Shown: one piece after another, positions 21,940-34,242 of the stretch
Numbering within the stretch: position 1 is the first letter of the stretch
Layout: every line of letters begins with the position of its first letter
NCBI GenBank assembly: GCA_977018835.1
Contig: OZ361259.1
Location: 1,860,001-1,924,000, forward strand
DNA from: Minutocellus sp. GHC0000111
Lineage: Eukaryota
Direction of reading: 5' to 3'
Length of the DNA: 64,000 nt
Translations under genes and position numbers: made by a program
The notes under the pieces: model-generated
Told to the model about the DNA's origin: nothing
The model's database searches: none
What the model saw: only the letters and a program-made list of their open reading frames with translations

Positions 21940-23682
21940 ATGGCCGAGCTGCAGTCGGAGATTGACAAGATCGACGCGCAGGAGGAGAAGTTGAAGCAGG
22001 ACGAGGCCGAGATCGAGGGGGTAATTGAAGAGGAAGAAGAGTACTTGGACGAACTCGTCGATGATCTGCCCGACGATAACAGCGATGACGAGAACGGTAA
22101 CAACGAACACGGCGGCAATGCCAAACAAGATGGTGCATTTATGCCGACTCAGCACCAAATGTATCTGGCATATCAAACGGCGCTGGCGGAAATCGAATGC
22201 GACGATGCCCGAGCGGAAGTCAAAAAGGATCAGCAAGAAGAGGTGGAGGAGGCCGAATCTGGCAACAAAGCCGAGGAGGAGGCAATCGAGAAGGATATGG
22301 CCGAGGCCGAGGAAGAGATAGGCAAGGAATGCGTCGAGAAGAAGAATCTGATGCAAACGTTGATCAAGGAGGCCGAATCCGAGTGCGACTGGGACAAGGA
22401 CGAGCAAGAGTGCGAGGTGGTCAACAAACTCTTGGATTTAGTAGAGAATGCCAAGGAGGACATCAAGGTAGGAGAGGTTGGTGTATGGCCCAAAAGTGAT
22501 GTTGTAGATGAAGGCAAAGTGACAGAAAAAGGTGAGGAGCAAGTCAATGGTACATCAAATGAAGATACAGCGAGTAGTCGCGAAGATGACGAGGTTGTGC
22601 CTCCCTCAAATGAAGAGAAAGTGCTTGACAATGTCGAAAAGGACGTCTCACCAGGAAAAGTTGATGTAGACACAGACCTGGCTTCGCTAGAATCCAAGCT
22701 CACAGATGCCGAGGAGGAGTGCTCGAAAGCCCGATCGGTTCTCCCTGAAGGATTTGAGCTCAGAGCCGAGAATGCGGAAGAGATTGAAGCCATCAATGAG
22801 GGTTGCTGCCTCGGGCCAAATGCGGACGATGACAAATGCGAGGCGGCTATACCAATAGCGGAATGTGACGCTTGCGCGGAAGCCAAAAGCATAGCCGACC
22901 AGTTGCGAACAAATTTGGACAACAACCTCGACATTGCCGAGGCAAAGTGTCGCGAAGGTGCTCAGGGCATCCTTGTCGAGAACCCAGGTAAAATCGAGGG
23001 ACCGTACGACAACCTTGACAATCTTGACATTATTCGGATGACCTGCTGCCTTGCCCCCTACGATGCGGACATGGTTTACTGTCAGGACAAGGCCCAAGTT
23101 GCCCAAGTCCGAACAAACAATCGATGCAACTTGTTGGAGTACTGCTTGGAAGCCAATCATTTGGAAAACTCATTGACTGAGAAGTATACAGAAACGGAGG
23201 GTGAACTCGCTGATCAAGTAGGCCAAGGAGACGATGACGAGTACATGTCCCTCTCGCACGTCGGAGGGCGTGGCGATTATAAAGGAAAGAAAGAAGCATT
23301 CGATAAATCCATGGGTCTTGGAGCGACTCGTCCCAATGAAACGGCACGCGGTGATCAGAATGAGCTTGGTCCATCAAGCCATGACTGGAGCGCAACCATC
23401 TGGCTTGCATTGATCCTTGGATTACTGATCGCATCTGTTCTTGTGATTCGTTCGAAGAGACGCAAATCAAGGCAAAGTGCGAGCATATTTGGAGAACGAC
23501 GATTTGCTCGTGGGTCAATGCCAAGCCACGACTCGTCCAGACGTAACGCCTGGGACGAAGATGCAGAGTACGGCCTCAGCGAACATGCCGCACATCTTTC
23601 GCTTGACCACGATGAAGATACAACCTCCTTCGCTCCCGCATTTGCTACTAGCGCATTGTATGGCGGCCAGGGCTTTTCTTAG
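21940..23682 (+). CDS. Acidic coiled-coil + Cys-rich type-I membrane protein; 5' end unresolved; paralogue of 36471-38393
   Basis: 580-aa ORF, very E/D rich. Two Cys clusters (EGCCLGP..C; MTCCLAPYD..C..RC..YCLE). TM ATIWLALILGLLIASVLVI followed by RSKRRK. The frame opens at 21895 after an in-frame TGA and no signal peptide is in frame. Confidence 0.7.
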   Translation: MAELQSEIDKIDAQEEKLKQDEAEIEGVIEEEEEYLDELVDDLPDDNSDDENGNNEHGGNAKQDGAFMPTQHQMYLAYQTALAEIECDDARAEVKKDQQEEVEEAESGNKAEEEAIEKDMAEAEEEIGKECVEKKNLMQTLIKEAESECDWDKDEQECEVVNKLLDLVENAKEDIKVGEVGVWPKSDVVDEGKVTEKGEEQVNGTSNEDTASSREDDEVVPPSNEEKVLDNVEKDVSPGKVDVDTDLASLESKLTDAEEECSKARSVLPEGFELRAENAEEIEAINEGCCLGPNADDDKCEAAIPIAECDACAEAKSIADQLRTNLDNNLDIAEAKCREGAQGILVENPGKIEGPYDNLDNLDIIRMTCCLAPYDADMVYCQDKAQVAQVRTNNRCNLLEYCLEANHLENSLTEKYTETEGELADQVGQGDDDEYMSLSHVGGRGDYKGKKEAFDKSMGLGATRPNETARGDQNELGPSSHDWSATIWLALILGLLIASVLVIRSKRRKSRQSASIFGERRFARGSMPSHDSSRRNAWDEDAEYGLSEHAAHLSLDHDEDTTSFAPAFATSALYGGQGFS

Positions 23683-23757
23683 CAGAGAGTATACCTACTA
23701 GCTAGACTCGCAATTTTATTATTCCTATCCGTGCGCATGTTGTTTATTGCTCTCTTT

Positions 23758-24772
23758 CTACGCTTCCTTCCCCGATGTTGCCCTTGACCACACATTATCC
23801 ACTGTTCTCTTCAATGTTGGACTTGCCGATAATACGCGTTCGACATCGACCGCCCTATCAATGCTCTTGCTGGCCACATATCCATAAACAAAGTCCACAT
23901 ACTGTCGTAAATCTTCCGTTTGAATATTCCTCACATATTCAAAGGCGTCCTTGATGAGTTGGCTTGCCATGTCGCCCGGTGGTAGGAGGGTGTTGACGGG
24001 ACGATCCAACAAGCTAGCCACAAGTTTTTGATTCGCCTGTCCAAACATTTTGCGATTTGCAGGGCTCATGACAAAGTCACTTGCCTGGCCGACAGCAATG
24101 GCAGTATAACTCTTGAGAAATCCCTGGATCAGCGGGCGTACTGTTCGATCAAGATTTTTCTTGGTTTCGGCCTGGATTTGATTTCGAATGGGTCCAATTA
24201 TTGGTAGGCCAGATATGATCCGACCAAAGACGTCGATTTGATCGAAAAACTCAATGATTGCATCGAATAGCAACGTTGAGAAGAGCTTGTTGATGGCATC
24301 GGATGACAAGAACGATCGCACGGCGTCACCATCATAACCATCGATATTCCCCACTGACCTCAGGATGCGATTTGTCGTCTCATCACCAATCAGCGCTTTG
24401 ATACTGCGAGTCTCATCGCGCAATCGCCGCTCAATACTGCCCCAATTCTTTGCAAATAGTGCCTCAGTGTCATCAATCAGATCCTTGGACTCAATCAGTT
24501 CATCTATGATTAGGAGCAAATCCTGAGATGGCAAAAGATCTTCGATTGGTGTTGATACAATGTAAGTGATTGCATTCGATGCGTCAGACTCTGTTGATGA
24601 TGCAAAGCGTGCAGTTGGCGGCCGCAACAGAGGCTGGTAGTGCGTATGTTCCTTTCTCACCACATGGGGCGAACATGTTGAAGTGAAGCCATGGGCATGA
24701 TTTCGAGATGTCTGAAAGTAGCACAAGGGCCGCTGCCACCAGTGTAGCACATGTGCTAATGCGAACTGGCAT
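23758..24772 (-). CDS. Conserved plastid-targeted hypothetical protein
   Basis: ATG at 24772 gives signal MPVRISTCATLVAAALVLL. A frameshift near 24715 joins it to ...NHAHG|FTSTCSP (diatom ASAFAP-like cleavage site) and a helical 300-aa ORF. Confidence 0.6.
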
Positions 24773-25070
24773 TGTCAAGTTCATTAGGCAATGATTAAAC
24801 GAAACAGTGATACTAGCTAGGCAGAACAATTTCTTGGCCTATGATAAAAGCACGACGTAAGTGATCTCGATGAGAGCAATTGGACGATTGTGATCCGTGA
24901 TGATCATGAAACTTGCTTGCAAACGCCTGTCCTCAGGGCTGACAGCCAAGCAACGTGCGAACGGCAACGGCTGACGAACGGACCAAAATTCGACAGAACC
25001 AACGTCGCGTCATCGCGCTTGCCGAATAATGACTAAGAATAAGAACGAACAGTTGACACATCGATCCATC

Positions 25071-25885
25071 ATGAGGAAGGCTGCAGCAGTATCTTTATCT
25101 TTGCTTTTCACAGCATGTGATGTGGTGGCATTTCAGCCTGACCAGTCGCACTTTGAGGCACGAACAGCAAATGATAATCTGCTGGAAAGCCGCCGTTCCG
25201 TGTTCCAAAAAGTAATGACATCAGCTGCGCTTGCTGGTTCGGCTGTTACATTGCTCCCCCCGAACTCTCTCGCTGCTGATCTGCCTCCGTTCCAAACTTC
25301 TTCGAGTGGTTTGCAGTGGGCCGATGCCAAGATTGGGAGTGGTGCACCGTTCACGAAAGGTCAGCAAGTTGCTGTAGATTATACGATGCAAACCACTGGT
25401 GCAAGATATGGAACGAAGATTTACTCGACCGCAAATACCAACAATCCGTTTCGTTTTGTAGTTGGGAGTGACAAGGAGGGAGAACTCGCGATCAAGGGAT
25501 TGGAGCAGGCAATCATCGGCGGTGATGGTGTACCTCCGATGTTGCCTGGAGGTGTGCGACGTGTCATTATTCCAAGCTCATTGGGATATGAGGCTTTGGC
25601 CAAGCCCATTCCAGGCATGCAGTTCCAGGATTGTCAGGAGGGCAAGGGCCCTGGTCCAATTCCACCGGTACCCGAAGCTTTTGAGGAATATCAGCGCTTT
25701 AAGAACATCTATTGGTGAGTGGTAAAATATTTCTGAACGTTCTGGTTTTTTTTAATCGTTTACATACAACTCATAAATCACTAACTCATTCATATCTATT
25801 CTCTTCGCTTTACAGCAATGCCAACCGGCCATACCAGCCCGATCTGGTGATGGATATCAAACTTTATGGCAAACGCGGCCCATAA
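25071..25885 (+). CDS. Thylakoid-lumen FKBP-type peptidyl-prolyl isomerase
   Basis: Exons 25071-25714 and 25816-25885. Signal ...VVA|F, twin-Arg SRRSVF and an AxA site. FKBP motifs SSGLQWADAKIGSG, IKGLEQAI and MLPGGVRRVIIPSSLGY. Confidence 0.9.
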
Positions 25886-25974
25886 TGAGTGATGAATGCG
25901 ATAAATATCCCCGATCAGATTTAATAAATTAGTTTGAAACATGTACAACTATTGTAAATATCATGTCAACAGGC

Positions 25975-26364
25975 TTATGTGTAATCCAGTAGCATTTCAG
26001 CAGAAACTCGCACGATATGTTCCGGCTTGATCTTCACATGTTCCGCATTGTTGGCAGCAGTGCCACCTGTTCCCGACCCAAACACATCGTCATCGTCCTC
26101 ATCATCGTCTTGCGACATGAACGATCGTCCGCCAAAGTCGGCGTCGGTGTCGGCCTCGCATTCCGCCTCCATGGCCGCACGGTCCCTCGTTTCCACAATG
26201 AACTTGCGCATCAACTCGGTCGCCGCGACGACAGCATCGTTGCTGAAGCGCTGCTTCGGATGCCGACGCATGAGGAGCTTGCGCACCAGGGACGGTTCGA
26301 GCTTGTCGGAGCGCATGAGGTCCTCGTCCTCGTCGCTGCTGGAGGTCAGAATCAGGTTGGACAT
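25975..26364 (-). CDS. CENPX: CENP-X / MHF2 histone-fold protein
   Basis: LEPSLVRKLL...RFSNDAVVAATELMRKFIVETRDRAAMEAE...IKPEHIVRVSAEMLLDY matches the CENP-X histone fold and its C-terminal LLD(F/Y). Confidence 0.75.
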   Translation of the reverse strand: MSNLILTSSSDEDEDLMRSDKLEPSLVRKLLMRRHPKQRFSNDAVVAATELMRKFIVETRDRAAMEAECEADTDADFGGRSFMSQDDDEDDDDVFGSGTGGTAANNAEHVKIKPEHIVRVSAEMLLDYT

Positions 26365-26796
26365 GTTGTGCTGTCTTGCGTTGACGAAACGATGGAATGC
26401 TGTGCAGATGATATTACTGTGCGCCAACAAGGAAGCCGCCGTGGCCTGCTATCTGCTATCCAACTCGAGTTGAGGTCTCGCTCTCGGGCTTCGTTCGGCT
26501 TTGGCTCTGGCTCTGCTTTGCTGCTGCTCGCCTGGCTTGTGGTATCTCTATGAAGAAAATCGGGGTAGTCTCTTCATCGAGCCGGCCGATCTTGTTGTCG
26601 TATCTTTTCCTTCATTTTTGCGAGCCAGCATGATCGTGCCAAGGCGGCCCATGACGAACGCCCAAAGAACACCGCGTTGATTGCCGGATTGCACAATCTG
26701 CTGACGTGAGCCTTTGTTGTCAGTTTGTTGCATTCGACGAGCCCTACCGCTTTTCGATGGTTAAGTTCTGCTTATTGAACAGCGCCTTAACATAAC

Positions 26797-29307
26797 ATGC
26801 GTGTTCTTTTGCCGGTGCTTCTCCTGGCCAGCACCGCCGCTCTCTGCTCTGCCGGTACCAGCAACGATTCCTCCCCGAAAGCCCCCAACGTCGTCTTCAT
26901 CGTTCTGGACGACTTGGGTTATGCCGACGTTGGATTTACGCAGGAGACGCCGCTCGCGGAGGTGAAAACTCCCAACATTGACGCGCTGGCCCGCCGAGGT
27001 GTCATCTTTACCAATGGGTATTCCTCGGGTGAGGTTTGTGCGCCGACCCGAGCCGGCTTCATGATGGGCCGGTATCAGGAGGGCGTCGGCATCTACTCCG
27101 CCCGGAGCGGTGGAGGTGATGGCATGGAAATCCTTCGGCACAACTCCGAGAGCGGGGCGTACGAGAATGTCAACCCCTGGATTCCGCAATTCCTCAAGCA
27201 AGACGGCGTGGGTGAGGGTGTCGTCGCCGGTGCGTTTGGCAAGTGGCATCTAGGACTGGATGTTGTGTTCAAGGCCGACGAAGAGGATGGCATCTACCGC
27301 TACAAGAATCGGGTCGATACGCCATACGGCGAGGAGGTGGAAGTTGGAGACGATGGCACACCTCGCGTCTATCCCACCAAGGGTCCGATGGTGACGGAGG
27401 CGTTTGATTATACACCAGTTCTGTGGCCGGAGCAAGACATTACGGAGGTATCGCGTGAGCACAGCGATTTCGATGATCGGAATGGAACGTTTGTCCCATG
27501 TGAATTCGCCAATTCTATCAGACCATGCTTTGAGGTCAAAAACGACACCTTCGTGGCTTGCGAATGGGTGTTGAAAAGAGATACAGACAAGCGCTGCGCT
27601 CGGGCGGCGGCCAACGGGGAACTGATAAGCGATATCTGCTCCTTGGAGTGCTCACTGGGAAAGGTAATTGTGCCAGCAGGCAACGCAAAGACTCTACCAG
27701 ATGTGTATAGCTCCATTGCCCCTCTCGGTGAAGCTGGAAGCCCGTATCATCCCCTTTATCGCGGCTTCGACGAAGCCAACATCTTTATGGGGCGAGGTGC
27801 AAAGGACTACTGGAATCCAAACGGGTTTTATATTACCATGGATAAAGACCAGCCGAACCTTGGTCGTACCACTTCTATGGACGATCGCAAGAATCCTGGC
27901 AACGCCATTCATCCCAACAAGGACCAGGAACCCCTCGAAAGTTGGGATTTCAATGCAACGGAATACGTCATCCATCGCGAACGTACCCCTGCGACGTATG
28001 TGACAAACAACATTACCAGTGCTGCAGTGGACTTTATCCGAGCCAACGCCGGAGGATCCAAGCCCTTCTTTGCCTACGTGCCCTATAACGCCCCTCACTA
28101 TCCCGCGCAAAATCCATATCACTTTGATCCCATATCTGGCAAGCTGGACAGGATGGGCGAAGACACTCGTCGATATGCCGGGATGCCTCGAAATGCCTTC
28201 AAAGCCAGCGGACTGGAAGATCGTTGGTTTGCGCCAGGCTTTAGTGATGATGAATGGTATCCAGATCCTATCTTTCTCTATGAAACTTACAAAGAACACG
28301 GATTCACCGATATTGGAGTGGAGAGCTATGCCGAATGCTGTACCGACGAAGATATGCGCAGACGTGCCATCACTACCGCGATGAACCGCTTTGTTGATAA
28401 GGGCGTTGGTAAGATTGTAGCTGCTTTAAAGGATCCCAATGGGGATGGAGATATATCTGACAGTGTCCTCGAAGATACTCTGATATTCTTCATATCAGAC
28501 AATGGTGGCGCAGCCAAGATGCGGGCATCGAACAAGCCTTTGTCAGGAATGAAGGGTGAACTGTATGAAGGTGGCCATCGCGTTCCTTTCTTTGTGGCAT
28601 GGGATAATTTTCTCTCGAATGTCGATGGAAGCGGCAAAGATGTTCGCGGGACAACCAACGACACGCCAATTACGTCTCTCGATATCCTCCCAACTATTCT
28701 TGATGCATTTGGCATCAATGATCCGACTACCAATCCTCTCCTTCGCAGCTCTCCATCGGATGGTAAAAGCCTGCTCCCAATTCTTCAAGGGGGAACAACC
28801 TCCCTACATGAGTACCTATTTTGGGCATATGAGAGTAGCGGCAGCTTCTTTGAGGGCGCCGTGCGCAAGGGCGATTGGAAGCTTCTCGTCAATCGACGGG
28901 AAAGTACGGGTCTGGAGCTCTTCGATTTGGCCAATGACCCTGTCGAATCGACCAATCTTGTTGTAGAACATCCTGATATTGCCCAGGATTTGCAGGGGTC
29001 GTTCATCTCTTGGATGAACGAAATGGCAATCAGGAATGGTGAAGAGGTACCCAACTGGCGAATGGGAGAGATGTTTGATAAGGCCGAACAAAATTACAAC
29101 ATTACTGTGACAAGTGATGAAGGACTGACTTCGCTCAACCGTTCTGGGGCCAATGAGAGAGACAAGAACCCTGTAGGGATGACCATTGATGATACAAACG
29201 GCATGATCGATGGGCTTGAATCGTCTACATCCAGTGGCTCTGCTTCCTGGGTGCCAGGATTGAGATGCATGGTTGGGTGCATATTATTGTTTCATCAATT
29301 GATTTAG
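26797..29307 (+). CDS. Secreted formylglycine-dependent (S1) sulfatase, probably GPI- or membrane-anchored
   Basis: Signal peptide; PNVVFIVLDDLGYADVG; TPNIDALA; CAPTRAGFMMGRY (CxPxR at 27037); GKWHLG; YNAPHYP; SDNGG; KGELYEGGHRVP; hydrophobic C-terminus. Confidence 0.95.
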   Translation: MRVLLPVLLLASTAALCSAGTSNDSSPKAPNVVFIVLDDLGYADVGFTQETPLAEVKTPNIDALARRGVIFTNGYSSGEVCAPTRAGFMMGRYQEGVGIYSARSGGGDGMEILRHNSESGAYENVNPWIPQFLKQDGVGEGVVAGAFGKWHLGLDVVFKADEEDGIYRYKNRVDTPYGEEVEVGDDGTPRVYPTKGPMVTEAFDYTPVLWPEQDITEVSREHSDFDDRNGTFVPCEFANSIRPCFEVKNDTFVACEWVLKRDTDKRCARAAANGELISDICSLECSLGKVIVPAGNAKTLPDVYSSIAPLGEAGSPYHPLYRGFDEANIFMGRGAKDYWNPNGFYITMDKDQPNLGRTTSMDDRKNPGNAIHPNKDQEPLESWDFNATEYVIHRERTPATYVTNNITSAAVDFIRANAGGSKPFFAYVPYNAPHYPAQNPYHFDPISGKLDRMGEDTRRYAGMPRNAFKASGLEDRWFAPGFSDDEWYPDPIFLYETYKEHGFTDIGVESYAECCTDEDMRRRAITTAMNRFVDKGVGKIVAALKDPNGDGDISDSVLEDTLIFFISDNGGAAKMRASNKPLSGMKGELYEGGHRVPFFVAWDNFLSNVDGSGKDVRGTTNDTPITSLDILPTILDAFGINDPTTNPLLRSSPSDGKSLLPILQGGTTSLHEYLFWAYESSGSFFEGAVRKGDWKLLVNRRESTGLELFDLANDPVESTNLVVEHPDIAQDLQGSFISWMNEMAIRNGEEVPNWRMGEMFDKAEQNYNITVTSDEGLTSLNRSGANERDKNPVGMTIDDTNGMIDGLESSTSSGSASWVPGLRCMVGCILLFHQLI

Positions 29308-29798
29308 AACTAGTTTAATTTAATTTTATAATAGGCGCCCTCGTTGGATGGAGCCGGGCAAGGCGCAAAACAGGCGCACAGCCAGACGCGCTGGTCTCGC
29401 ACTCCTCGATATGACGTCTTTCCATGAGGCGCCGCGCATCAAGAACCAAGACGAAGAACACGAGCGGCGGAGGCAGGAGCCGAACATTGAGGAGATCGAG
29501 AGGCGGAGTCGGCCAAAGCCAACGGAGGACCAACCTCTGGACTGTGCAAGGATCAGCGTACCAATTGCCTGCTTTACTTTGGTTGGAGGAGGCAGGGGCA
29601 CCGGGGTTGCGTTCCAGAATCAACTCAACTCATTCAAGGGGAAACCGGCACAAATCAAGCCTCATTCTCTGCTTCTTTTCGGGGCTCGGAAGAGAGATAT
29701 CGGCATTAGCCAAGAAGTGTTTGGGAATCGACAGAATCGCCTCCTTGGGCTGTGATCATTATTTATCACTCTTCATCGTCACTGATAAATAATCCAGC

Positions 29799-31469
29799 AT
29801 GTCGAGGCGTCTGTATGAGCGCGGCATTCCAACCACGACGCCGCCTCCTGGATTTGCTCCCGGATCTCCGCATGGCGCAGACGAATTGGCGCCAACAGAT
29901 TCGCCTGGCATTTCCATTCCCGTTCATCGCGGAGAAGTTCGAAGCCCTAGCAAAGCGCAGGGTCAGTTCCGCTTGCAGATGGCCGCTGCTCTGCAAAAGT
30001 CCGGCATTGATAAGGAAAATCCGATGCATTTGGCGTCGTATGACCCGATTGCCGACAGACCTCAGTTCGCTGGGGAGCACGAACTACCGAAGCTTCACCG
30101 CATGAGTTTGGTTGCGGGTCAAGGCAATACTACTTATGTTTCGAAGCATACAAATGCTTCCAATTTTTATGAGCACAAGCAGCAAACCGCTCGGGATGCG
30201 GTCGATCCCAAATACGGCTACCAGGGGGCGGTCGTAGCACCATGGCTCCAGGCGGACGAGGAGGAGGTATCTTCGAATGCTGCCTCAGAATTCCTTCGCC
30301 TTCAACCTCAAGCTGGCCGGACGCAGAATATCACATGGGCTACCGTAACTAAGGGCAATAAAGGCGCTGTCTCTGGAATTCCTTGCGAGGCATCCAGTTC
30401 GATGCACATGCTACCCAGTTCGGTCGGTCTGACTGGTCGGGCTACCGGTCAGGTCAATGTGGTGACCACCTGCTCTCTCAATCCAAATCGCATTGCCATC
30501 GGGAAGGCAGTGTTCAGCCATGGTTGTGACATCTCCCTCGTCGCGGACCCCGACGGTGGCAACCCAGCATTTTTGCTCCAATTTCTGGCAGTTGGTGGCG
30601 TTCCTACGGCCGAGCTTGCTCGCTTCACGAAGACTCATACCATCCTAGCCGAGGAGGTCAAGTCCATCACCTTCTTCCGCGCCCAAACGTCCGAGTCGGG
30701 CCGGTCCAGGACATACGTTACCATCCGAGCCCGTCCGACGGCCCAGAATGGGCTTATTGATTACTGGATGAAAGAGTTATACTCTCCGGATCAACCTGGC
30801 TCTGGCGCATCGAACTTTATCGTCTTCGAAATGGAGCATGAACACTATGGTGGTCATCACATCAGTGCATTCTTTGACGCTCTCAAGAGACTTCCTTCCT
30901 TCTCCAAGTCTTTTGGGCAGCATCGGCCTGATATTTCGCTTCAAGACCTCGGGAAGAGTATTGGTATTGACTTCAACCTTGGGCCTATTTCTGCCTTTGT
31001 TCGGCAGGACGATATCCTCAACAGGGGAACTGGACCGATCCTTGCAATGCCAGTAAATAAGATCTTGATCGGAAGGCGTGTTCTATCCAAGACGCCTCGA
31101 AAGGAACTTTGTCAGGTTAGTTTTATCCATGGAGAAGGTCTGCCACGCCTCAAGATATCGTACCAGAAGAAGGATAAGCTGAAGACCAGTGAACTTTGGC
31201 ACAATTCGATCGCTGCCGTTTACTGGACCTAACCCTAACAGGAGGTCCTATTGGATCCTGCCGAGTCTTTCAACTACATCATCTTCAAGGTGAATCCGAG
31301 CGAGAGGGGCGAGACATCGTCGGGCGATGGTGGGAAAGGCGATTCTACCTTCGTTCTCGTTGAGATCTGCGACCAGGCTAACTACAATGCTCTCGTCGGC
31401 GTACTCGCGGATGATCCTTGGATTTCCCAGGTCTGTCACCCAGATGCCTCGGTTCGTGACATCCTCTAG
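29799..31469 (+). CDS. Hypothetical protein with two divergent copies of a PH-like domain; second copy broken by in-frame stops or an intron
   Basis: 477-aa ORF, then TAA CCC TAA at 31230-31238, then the same frame continues to 31469. The two segments begin RIAIGKAVFS and KILIGRRVLS and end FIVFEM and FVLVEI. Confidence 0.5.
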
Positions 31470-31659
31470 TAGGTATGTCAAGATTAGGTGGAGAACACGA
31501 CTCGGGCTGTTGATGAGTATGTTCCAAGTACAGGAAATGGCGAACACGGATACGAACCGGTCCGTACGCTCGAGTTACATTTGATTAGATTTTTATTTGA
31601 GTAAAGAAAGTGTTACTATTATGCAGTGTGAACAAACTATGTCGTCACTCGCCGCATCC

Positions 31660-33755
31660 CTAGGCGGCTTGATTCAAACTAGAGTTGCGCTCTGGCAATT
31701 CCTCCAAGCCCAAGCTCTCATAACTCCCATTTGAAGGGTCAACCTTGAACTCATCTACATGTACGAACTCATTTTGCTCGGCTTCTGTAGAGAATGCCTT
31801 GCTGACGACATTCTCGATCCAATCACCCCGATCGAGACTCATGATGCTTCCCGGTCGATCCAAGGTTGTAGAATCGAGCATTCGACCTTCACCGGCGATG
31901 TTATCAAAGTCAGTTGACTCGTCGAGTCCATTGGTGTCGAGATCAGTGTAGGAGGTAATATCAGCGGTGCTTCTCGAGCAATGATATTTATCATTTTCGT
32001 TTGCAGAGGCCTGGTGACTCTTGAGGACCTTCTGGACGCTTAGGGTAAGAGTGGAGGGAACAGGCGGCGAAGAAAACCGATCCTCTTCAAGTTCGGCACC
32101 CTGTACAACATTCTCTGCATTAGCCATGTCTTGGGCGAGGATGGCGTCCATCGCCTTGCCCATGGCACCGGGGTCGAGACTCCGACTGCGACGAGGACGT
32201 CGCCCGCCTCGGCGGATAGATTGTCGACCTCTCGGACACTCATCCCCGTCGACGAGGTCATCTAGGCTTTGATTGGATGAAGAAGTGATAGTTGTGTTGA
32301 AAATATCATCATTTGATCGGGTGCTTGATGCGGAGCAAAGCCCAAACAGTCCTCCGGGACCGGTGAGGGACAAAGACTTGTTTCGACGAACCATTGAACG
32401 GAGATCGTCGTTGGACTTGCGTCGTTCCGGCTTGGCTCCGCTGGTAGCGGCAGCCTGTCTGGCTTCCGAGAGTAGTCGACGTGTGTCCTCGAGCTCATCC
32501 TTCATAGTAGATAGTCTCGAAGACATATCACTTAAGCTCTGTTCCATGTTAAGTGCTCGAGCCTTGTACTGAGCAGCCTCGATTTGTGCAGCTTCGAGCT
32601 GTACCTCGACGAGCTTCTTCTCGGCATTCATCCGTTGCATCGTCTTGGTCATGGCGGCCTTTTGACTGTTGATGTGTCGTAGACGATTTTGGAGAAGCTC
32701 GATATCTTCGGGATGATCAAGGTTCTTGCGCAGCATGGTTGGCTCTGGATGGGCAGGCATAGGCTTGACCGTTGGTGGATGATCTTGGGGGTGCTGGCTC
32801 TGAAGCAGCCGCTGAGAATGTTGGAGCTCCTCATACTGGGTGCGTAGTTCGGCCAGTTCCAGCTTGAGGGACATGACGCACTGCACCGATACATCTCCGT
32901 TGGACCCTTGTTGATGATCTTGCATATTCCCGCCATGTCCCATGCTACGTCCAGCGGCGGCATCGGCCGAGCTTCTACCTGGATACATGTTTTTCCCATG
33001 TACGTAGGCATGCCGCTCGTTGCTCAGTTTCCGGAGCGAGGCCTGGGCGGGGATGGCGGGCATGGAGTCGTAATCTCGGATCGACGTTTCTCTCAGCTGC
33101 ATGCCTTCGGCTGGGGTTGTCGCTGCTAGAGCACTGGTGCTTTGATTCATATTCGTATTGATGCCCATGTGAGCACATGTGGCCGATGTACGAAGCAGCG
33201 CCGCATCCCGCTCGGCCCTCAGACGTTCGTTCTCGGCCTCGAGCTGCTGCATCGATCTTTGTAGGTGACGTTCCGACATGGATCGGTGATATATCGAATC
33301 GACACGCCTCAGCTCACCGTAGAAATCCCCATCGATGGAATCGTCTTCCTCGTCCAAGGTGTTGAGGCTGGACTCGGTGGCGGTCAAGAACGATTCTCGA
33401 AGGTGGCTGCCTCGTCGACTTGTCATTGACCTCATGGACAGATGTTGGCTACTACTTGTAGTACTGCTCTGGTAGCTGTCCCTTCGATGAGCTTGCAGAT
33501 TGTTCTTCGCTCTCTGCTTCTGAACCATGGCCATGCTTTCCCTTCGATTCCGTGGCTGGGTGTAGTCAAAGTCGACTTCTTCCAGCGACGAGTCATCGGA
33601 ATCACCGCCCAACCATTCTGGCCGTCAGCCACGCCGAGAGAGCGGAGGCTGGTGCGGGAGTGATGCGTGTCGAACGGATCGGGCAGGCCTCGATCGGCCG
33701 CCTGCTCGTACACCGACGTCGCCGACAGGTACAGCGACGGCTCGCTCGTGTTCAT
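31660..33755 (-). CDS. Hypothetical coiled-coil, Ser/Arg-rich cytosolic protein
   Basis: 650-aa ORF with long heptad stretches. The upstream ATG at 33755 joins in frame if one G is added to the G run near 33608 (NGW|GGDSDDS). Confidence 0.7.
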
Positions 33756-34242
33756 GACTGCTTCTTGCTTGGTGATTATTCTCTATGATCCCCCAGAGAG
33801 CAAGCTAGCTATCTAGCTAGATACATACATATCACGGTAGATGCCCTCGTTCTCGTTTGTGCCAAGTTCGAAAGGATAAGTAAGTTATGCCATCGTCCTT
33901 AATAAAAATCGGAACCATTAGACAGTCCATGTCGTCAAGCTGTGAATAAAGAGATGCCCGTGACGATGCATCCTCTGCCCTCATGCAAAAGCCGGGAGGG
34001 GGGATAAAAGTGGTTGCCGGTCCCTCGGATTATTTATGGACACGGCTTGTGTCTCGTCTCAAGATCGATACAATAGCCCCTGAAAAATGAATACCCCGAA
34101 TAATTGCTTGAGGGTCCTTTCTGATCTTCCTGTCGATGTCGCCGCCTGTCATGTCTTCTCGCACTCTACAAACACGTACCGGTACAGCTGTAGATTCTAG
34201 CTCTACATGTAGAGTGTACACGCTCAGAGCACGTACATGCAG

